Below are positions 33,005 to 37,583 of a DNA stretch of 37,583 nucleotides, in pieces (positions within the stretch are counted from its first letter, which is position 1; the number at the start of each line of letters is the position of its first letter). The stretch is from a virus, in the IMG/VR virus record IMGVR_UViG_3300029728_000029; one strand, given 5' to 3'. Below the pieces are notes generated by a model. That model worked only from the letters and a program-made list of their open reading frames with translations. It did no database searches and was not told the origin of the DNA. A program made the position numbers and the translations under genes.

Positions 33005-33619
33005 TTATTTTATTTTAAATAAATCTACTCTGTCACATAGAAATATTGTATCCTTTTCGACCTTTGTATTATCTATGATTTCTTGATAATGTTCTTTATG
33101 TTTATATATATACCTTTGCGGGAAAGGAATCCACTTATAGCCTCTGTAGTTTTTGAAACAGTCCACTATTGTGGGTTGAGGGCTATTGTTGGAATCTATA
33201 TGTTTCCATGAAGATTTTTTTATAAGTTGCCAAATAACATTTTCGTCATGGCGGAAAATAGGTAATATATGTTTTATAAATAAATCGGTAAAATTGTAAT
33301 CATTTATATGATTATTAAATGTATCATCATACACAAACCTAATATAAATTGGTTCTGGTGCTATTTTTGCTGCAAGATAAGTTAAATTATAAACAGTAAT
33401 ACTTAGCGATTCATAATATTCTACCAATCCATGACAATTTATAAACATACCTAATTTTTTATCATATCTTATTCTGAAGTCAAAGTATCTTACTCCATGT
33501 TTGAACTGGTCATTTATTGTCAACTTCTGGCATTTTGACGTAAAGTTAATCAGCTTCATCCACCATTTTCGTGGGTTAAGATATGTGTTTGCGTTGTGCG
33601 CTCCGAGTATCTTTTTCAT
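33005..33619 (-). CDS. PI-PLC X-domain-like phosphodiesterase
   Basis: ILGAHNANTY, QKLTINDQFKHGVRYFDFRIRY and NCHG parallel the PI-PLC segments GTHDS, Q..si..QL..GvRyfDiR and HG, including both catalytic His positions. Confidence 0.6.
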   Translation of the reverse strand: MKKILGAHNANTYLNPRKWWMKLINFTSKCQKLTINDQFKHGVRYFDFRIRYDKKLGMFINCHGLVEYYESLSITVYNLTYLAAKIAPEPIYIRFVYDDTFNNHINDYNFTDLFIKHILPIFRHDENVIWQLIKKSSWKHIDSNNSPQPTIVDCFKNYRGYKWIPFPQRYIYKHKEHYQEIIDNTKVEKDTIFLCDRVDLFKIK

Positions 33620-33873
33620 AATTGCTCTATCGTGTTATAACTACATAATATTTCAAAATAATTTTTCTCCTTGTATTTTTTAAATCTTTCTTCTGTCTTA
33701 AAAAGGTTAGTTAACGTTTTATCTCCTGAAAAATATTCTTCCTCAGTTATATTTTCATACTCCGAGAATTCTTTAATGCAATACATGGCTCTTGCCTGAT
33801 TAGCAATATATCTATTTTTAGCAAATAATCTATGTTTGCGTCCTAAGAAGAAGAAATAAAATACCTTTTTCAT
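33616..33873 (-). CDS. Hypothetical early protein
   Basis: An 85-aa ORF with 4-nt and 1-nt overlaps with its neighbours. Confidence 0.5.
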   Translation of the reverse strand: MKKVFYFFFLGRKHRLFAKNRYIANQARAMYCIKEFSEYENITEEEYFSGDKTLTNLFKTEERFKKYKEKNYFEILCSYNTIEQL

Positions 33874-34106
33874 TATAAATCATTTTTTAATGTCATTTCG
33901 CCTAAAAAAGGAGTGAACTCGCTTTTATCCCATTTTTCACTATATATACCAACTACAAAATTATCAGTTTCTGTATAACATATAGCTCCTTTTAGATAAT
34001 CACCATTATCTAAAGCTATAATCATAATACCTAATTTTGGGCTCCACATTAAAAGCGGGTAATCTTCCCAAGTAAGGTTAATCTTTTTTATTTGTTCCTT
34101 AATCAT
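33873..34106 (-). CDS. Paralogue B of a tandem small-protein family
   Basis: The 77-aa ORF aligns along its whole length with the 34111-34347 product (..W(E/D)(E/D)(F/Y)P(I/L)L....IIIAL(E/D)NGDYLKG...W(E/D)KS(Q/E)F.PF....LKN). Confidence 0.6.
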   Translation of the reverse strand: MIKEQIKKINLTWEDYPLLMWSPKLGIMIIALDNGDYLKGAICYTETDNFVVGIYSEKWDKSEFTPFLGEMTLKNDL

Positions 34107-34110
34107 ATCA

Positions 34111-34347
34111 TTATTTGCTTTTGTTTTTTAATATTACTTCATCTTCAAAAGGGCAAAATTGGGATTTTTCCCAATATTCGTAGTATTCCCCAATTGGATG
34201 TTCTGGATTATCAGAATTGACTACAGTTCCCTTTAAATAATCACCATTTTCTAAGGCTATAATAATAACATTTAAATCTGGATTAAACGCTAAAATAGGG
34301 AATTCTTCCCAAGAGATGTCCGCGTGATTTATTCTTGTCTGTATCAT
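34111..34347 (-). CDS. Paralogue A of a tandem small-protein family
   Basis: A 78-aa ORF. See paralogue B for the alignment. Confidence 0.6.
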   Translation of the reverse strand: MIQTRINHADISWEEFPILAFNPDLNVIIIALENGDYLKGTVVNSDNPEHPIGEYYEYWEKSQFCPFEDEVILKNKSK

Positions 34348-34359
34348 TTTCTTGTATTT

Positions 34360-34529
34360 TTATATGTTTGACAATACTACTTTATCGCTGGAAATAGTGA
34401 AATTAAATGCAAACCACTCTTCGCTATAATATCCAATTTTATACTCTTTTTGTGTTTAAGAGATTTATCTTCGTTCTCATACAATGCGTATTCCAAATCT
34501 TTTGCTTGTTCTATTATTTCTGCTTTCAT
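34360..34529 (-). pseudogene. Third, N-terminally divergent and frame-broken copy of the same family
   Basis: Frame 0 (34529..34377) reads MKAEIIEQAKDLEYALYENEDKSLKHKKSIK... A second frame reads (T)QKEYKIGYYSEEWFAFNFTISSDKVVLSNI* and ends at 34360. It aligns to the paralogues' C-termini (IGEYYEYWEKSQF..; VGIYSEKWDKSEF..). The break is at an A5 run (plus-strand T5, 34447-34451). Confidence 0.5.
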
Positions 34530-34535
34530 AATCAG

Positions 34536-34715
34536 TTATTTATAAGTGTTATTTCCATCATTTGAGAGTATACGATAATCGACATTTTCACACTTGTTAT
34601 TTCTATTAAAATCATCACATTTTTCTTTTGCTTTTTCAATTGTATTACACCTGAAAACTATTTCTTCGACATAATGACAAAAGAACCTTACAACTAAATA
34701 TTTATATTTATCCAT
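34536..34715 (-). CDS. Unlisted 59-aa ORF
   Basis: Hand translation gives MDKYKYLVVRFFCHYVEEIVFRCNTIEKAKEKCDDFNRNNKCENVDYRILSNDGNNTYK*. It fills the gap between listed ORFs and lies 1 nt from the upstream stop. Confidence 0.45.
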   Translation of the reverse strand: MDKYKYLVVRFFCHYVEEIVFRCNTIEKAKEKCDDFNRNNKCENVDYRILSNDGNNTYK

Positions 34716-34716
34716 T

Positions 34717-34929
34717 TTACTCTTGTTTAGTATTCAACAAATTTTCAATTGTTTCTATATTCTCCAGTACATGAATATTGTCTCCGTTGTCAAGCCATAT
34801 AACGCTACCAGTCTCAGAGCATGTTACAACTCTTATCCTATCTATGTCAATTAGTACAGGGCAAATAGTTGTATTTGGACTTTTGTAATCATTATGCAAA
34901 TAATGATGTAGTTTAATATACTTTCCCAT
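34717..34929 (-). CDS. Hypothetical early protein
   Basis: A 70-aa co-oriented ORF. Confidence 0.55.
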   Translation of the reverse strand: MGKYIKLHHYLHNDYKSPNTTICPVLIDIDRIRVVTCSETGSVIWLDNGDNIHVLENIETIENLLNTKQE

Positions 34930-34940
34930 ACAATTTATTT

Positions 34941-35396
34941 TTAAATTCTACACAATAAGAAAATAGTTATCATAGATATTATTACAGCATAAGATAATAA
35001 GTATGTATATTTAATCTTTAAAAGTTTGAGTCTTTCTTCTAAATTAACCACCCGTTTACTTAGTCCGATGCAATTCTTCTCAGTAATATTTTTATCCCTT
35101 AATCTTTTTGTGTATAGTCTAAAATTTTCGTCCATCCATTCTTTTATTTTTGGTTCAATATCATTTAATGCATTATAAATATCTTCTTTTTCTCCGCCTC
35201 TGATAAATCCAACAGGAGCTGTGAAGTTTTTTGAATTGGGATATTCGTTAAACTCAATTCTTACAAGGACTCCATTTTCTTACATAAAAATGCGTTCAGC
35301 TTCTTTTTTAATTTCTTCATCTGTCATCCTTGCTTTTTCTACCAGTTCGTCATAATCAAATCTATCTATTATGACTACATTTTCTATTTCTGCCAT
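34941..35396 (-). pseudogene. One continuous reading frame (about 151 codons) interrupted by a single in-frame TAA at 35282..35280; the C-terminal part is a tail-anchored membrane segment
   Basis: The hand-checked frame reads MAEIENVVIIDRFDYDELVEKARMTDEEIKKEAERIFM-TAA-ENGVLVRIEFNEYPNSKNFTAPVGFIRGGEKEDIYNALNDIEPKIKEW-MDENFRLYTK...LLCRI*. The 48 codons between the TAA and the listed ATG (35135) contain no stop and no ATG, GTG or TTG. Confidence 0.5.
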
Positions 35397-35398
35397 GT

Positions 35399-35548
35399 CT
35401 ATTTATTTTTAAATTTTGCACAATACGGTCTAATTCCTACGGAACGGTATATTTTCAAGACATTGCAAAACACCATGAAGTCTTTTACTTCTCCTGCGTT
35501 TTTGCAATTTCTACAGTCGCACGATTTAGGAATTTCTTTCTTTTTCAT
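35399..35548 (-). CDS. Unlisted 49-aa Cys-rich ORF
   Basis: Hand translation gives MKKKEIPKSCDCRNCKNAGEVKDFMVFCNVLKIYRSVGIRPYCAKFKNK*. The ATG (35548..35546) overlaps the 3' end of the upstream ORF, and the stop lies 2 nt before the next ATG. Confidence 0.4.
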   Translation of the reverse strand: MKKKEIPKSCDCRNCKNAGEVKDFMVFCNVLKIYRSVGIRPYCAKFKNK

Positions 35549-35747
35549 TTAGTTCTCTGATTTTCTCACAATGTATTTTGTAGGCATAAGCGAACATTTT
35601 TAATGTTATTTCATCAAAGTAAAAATCTCCTTGAAATCCCCCTTTGGTGACAACGCTAACTTCTAATCCATTATCTACAAAGTTGAGATGTATACTACTG
35701 TTATCTGTCCCTCTCATTGAGAGGATTTGAGTTTGGTCATATTCCAT
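35526..35747 (-). CDS. Hypothetical early protein
   Basis: A 73-aa co-oriented ORF. Confidence 0.5.
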   Translation of the reverse strand: MEYDQTQILSMRGTDNSSIHLNFVDNGLEVSVVTKGGFQGDFYFDEITLKMFAYAYKIHCEKIRELNEKERNS

Positions 35748-35750
35748 AAT

Positions 35751-35972
35751 TCAGCCCTCCAAGTCAGGTATTCTCATCCATAAATCATCTCCATCTACAT
35801 AAGAATCAAAAAACATTCCATCGTCTTCTACCCATATATTATCTCTCTTTCTGTAAAACATTATACTTGGGCTATAATTATAATTTTTGAGTCTTACTAA
35901 AACTTCTTCTCCTTCTGGAGGAAGTTGTTCACTAATACTAATCCAAGGTGAATTATTTTCTTTTGTTTCCAT
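35751..35972 (-). CDS. DUF551-like small protein
   Basis: WISISEQLPPEGEEVLV....DDLWMRIP fits the DUF551 pattern (WI...d.LP.....VLV ... W.p.P) as I recall it. Confidence 0.55.
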   Translation of the reverse strand: METKENNSPWISISEQLPPEGEEVLVRLKNYNYSPSIMFYRKRDNIWVEDDGMFFDSYVDGDDLWMRIPDLEG

Positions 35973-35991
35973 ATCTATTTTTTATTAATCA

Positions 35992-36321
35992 CTAATTGAA
36001 ATTACTAAAATCAGGTTCTTCATGATATATCTCTACATTTAGCTTTGGCTTCCTATTTTTGATATAAGGCTCCATATAAGGTTTTATATCCAGAAAATCC
36101 CCAAATTCCACGAGAATATTCTGCAATATGAGTTCATTACAAACTTTGTTTACATCAAAATGTGCCGCGAGGATATTCCACGCTTCTCCTTTGCTCATGC
36201 TCGGATTAAGTTTAGATGCAGTCTTCCAATCCTTAATACCAAGTTTTGCATTTTTCAACATATTAAACACATCATCATTCTTTATAATTTTACATAAATT
36301 CATTGCTGTCGACTTATTCAT
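35992..36321 (-). CDS. Hypothetical early protein
   Basis: A 109-aa ORF with a 4-nt overlap with the upstream gene. Confidence 0.55.
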   Translation of the reverse strand: MNKSTAMNLCKIIKNDDVFNMLKNAKLGIKDWKTASKLNPSMSKGEAWNILAAHFDVNKVCNELILQNILVEFGDFLDIKPYMEPYIKNRKPKLNVEIYHEEPDFSNFN

Positions 36322-36554
36322 ACTTTTTGTAGTTTTTCAATTATTTTATTTTGGTATTCAACTAACTCCTCAAGTTCTTTTATCTTGTTCTTTAAAGCTT
36401 TTAAAGCTTCATTGTATTTCTCTTTCTCGAATTCCGCAAAAGAGTAGCTCTTACATGTACAATCCTCTATATCTCCAGAAACAGCAACCGCCATACACTC
36501 AGGAATCAATATTTTCTCCCCTTTTCTTTCGGTATATATGTAATGGCACTTCAT
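36318..36554 (-). CDS. Hypothetical early protein (Cys motif plus coiled coil)
   Basis: The 78-aa ORF has C..(15)..C..(11)..C.C followed by a heptad-like EKEKYNEALKALKNKIKELEELVEYQNKIIEKLQKV. Confidence 0.55.
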   Translation of the reverse strand: MKCHYIYTERKGEKILIPECMAVAVSGDIEDCTCKSYSFAEFEKEKYNEALKALKNKIKELEELVEYQNKIIEKLQKV

Positions 36555-36835
36555 ATCTCTTTTATAGTTAAATATGCTTCTTTTACTTTATCATGATGTG
36601 CATTTAGATATTCGTTTAAACTTACTTTTTCTCCAAATAGCTCAAGGTATTTTTTTTCATCACGGAACCAATTATCTCTTATTATCTCATAAGGCTCAAA
36701 TAAAAGTACATATGGTAAATCATGTTTAAAAAATATCGCCATAGCAGCATAAGCATCAAGCTTATTGTATGCTTCTATTTGATATTTACTAGACATTATA
36801 CCGAAAGTAATTTTCATTTTATTCATATTTCTCAA
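36551..36835 (-). CDS. Hypothetical early protein
   Basis: A 94-aa ORF overlapping its neighbours. Confidence 0.55.
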   Translation of the reverse strand: MRNMNKMKITFGIMSSKYQIEAYNKLDAYAAMAIFFKHDLPYVLLFEPYEIIRDNWFRDEKKYLELFGEKVSLNEYLNAHHDKVKEAYLTIKEI

Positions 36836-37049
36836 AATTTATAGTTACATATTCCAATTTATGTTCGTTAATCCAGTCTTCAGTTTGTTTATAAGAGAAT
36901 TTTATTACAGCATCAAATCCTTTTGCTTCTAAAAATTGTGCAACAGATATCGCGGACTTAATCAATTCTTCAGGGTTGCCGGATTCCCCAGCAACGATAA
37001 TTTTTAATTCTGCTTTTTTAATTCCACCTAAAAAATTCTTCATAGTCAT
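36819..37049 (-). CDS. Hypothetical early protein
   Basis: A 76-aa ORF with a 4-nt overlap with the pentapeptide gene stop region. Confidence 0.55.
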   Translation of the reverse strand: MTMKNFLGGIKKAELKIIVAGESGNPEELIKSAISVAQFLEAKGFDAVIKFSYKQTEDWINEHKLEYVTINFEKYE

Positions 37050-37583
37050 TTTCTATAAGCTACAGCCATATTCCTATCTATAAAAAAATGTATCCCATTT
37101 GAACATTCATTCCATCGGCATTTATCAAAGTCTTTTACTTCAACTGTTTCACCCACTTTGTATATAAAGTCTTTATTATAATCGGAACATATTTCGGTTA
37201 TACCTGCTCTACTCCCGTCTAAATTTTGTATTTCCAATACCTCCGCCTTTGAGCATCTACATTTTAGAGACGTTGAGGAACTTCTATGTGCGTCTTCACA
37301 TATTTTTAGTTTTACAATATATCTCCCGCATTTTTTCCACCCTATAAAACTTCCTTCTATTGGGCACTGATATGCCAAGAAAGATGTATATACTGAATAA
37401 TCAGCGCCTTTCAAATTAGCGCCTTTCAAATTAGCGCCTCTCAAATTAGCGCCTCTCAAATCAGCGTCTTCCAAATCAGCGCCTCTCAAATTAGCGCCTC
37501 TCAAATTAGCGCCTCTCAAATTAGCGCCTTTCAAATCAGCGCCTCTCAAATAAGCGCCTCTCAAATCCGCGCCTCTCAAATCA
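37046..37583 (-). CDS. Pentapeptide-repeat protein, 3' part (12 repeats plus a ~115-aa C-terminal domain)
   Basis: The frame is open to the right window edge. It reads [60 protein letters not shown], then [25 protein letters not shown]...KCRCSKAEV...[19 protein letters not shown]. Confidence 0.85.
   Translation of the reverse strand, partial: DLRGADLRGAYLRGADLKGANLRGANLRGANLRGADLEDADLRGANLRGANLKGANLKGADYSVYTSFLAYQCPIEGSFIGWKKCGRYIVKLKICEDAHRSSSTSLKCRCSKAEVLEIQNLDGSRAGITEICSDYNKDFIYKVGETVEVKDFDKCRWNECSNGIHFFIDRNMAVAYRK
37401..37583 (-). repeat. 12 tandem 15-nt units plus 3 nt of a 13th at the right window edge
   Basis: Hand segmentation from 37401 gives the same t[tc][ac]gcgcct[ct]tcaaa unit as at 1-285. 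Units R7-R12 repeat the order of units 8-13 at the left edge. Confidence 0.95.

Noticed and set aside
35280-35282. Genome-wide stop-codon reassignment, as in some gut phages, as the explanation for the in-frame TAA
   Set aside because: Reassignments described in phages involve TAG or TGA. Here TAA, TAG and TGA all terminate well-supported genes at expected lengths (for example terL at TAA and portal at TAG). Only a local event is plausible.
1-37583. Integrase/repressor lysogeny module, diversity-generating retroelement, retron or toxin-antitoxin pair
   Set aside because: No ORF shows integrase, recombinase, reverse-transcriptase or recognisable repressor motifs. The fibre repeats are exact duplications rather than template/variable repeat pairs with adenine-specific differences. 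Absence is judged by eye only.

Overview
The window looks like a complete or nearly complete genome (37.6 kb) of a tailed phage with a contractile tail. It is AT-rich. BACON-like Ig domains, a BspA-type LRR protein and TTTG/TAnnTTTG promoter-like boxes suggest a Bacteroidota-type host, but that is inference only. Both window edges fall inside one pentapeptide-repeat gene, and joining base 37583 to base 1 keeps the frame, so the molecule is probably circular or circularly permuted. Two transcription arms diverge from a non-coding control region at 9.2-10.0 kb. The rightward arm (10039-31561) carries small and large terminase, portal, a fused prohead protease-scaffold-capsid gene, sheath and tube, a frameshifted chaperone pair, tape measure, baseplate, fibre, holin, GH24 endolysin and a spanin-like lipoprotein. 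The leftward arm runs 9184 to 1, wraps, then 37583 to 31890. It carries RecT and a YqaJ exonuclease, a replication-organiser-like gene with embedded iteron-like repeats, a beta-class DNA methyltransferase, an HNH homing endonuclease, a PAPS-reductase-family PP-loop enzyme, the pentapeptide-repeat protein, about 20 small unknown ORFs, a PI-PLC-like phosphodiesterase, a PD-(D/E)xK-like nuclease, a small protein with an SSB-type DDCPF tail and a Dps homologue. The arms converge at 31.56-31.89 kb on a bidirectional terminator and three related hairpins. I found no integrase, repressor, DNA polymerase, tRNA, CRISPR array or reverse transcriptase. The items most worth following up are Ig-like (BACON-type) domains split across three consecutive tail ORFs, the hairpin and promoter-box array downstream of dps, the near-identical 15-nt repeat array of the pentapeptide gene, an in-frame TAA inside an otherwise continuous early ORF, and two homopolymer-associated frame breaks. 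All family assignments rest on motifs recognised by eye, not on searches.
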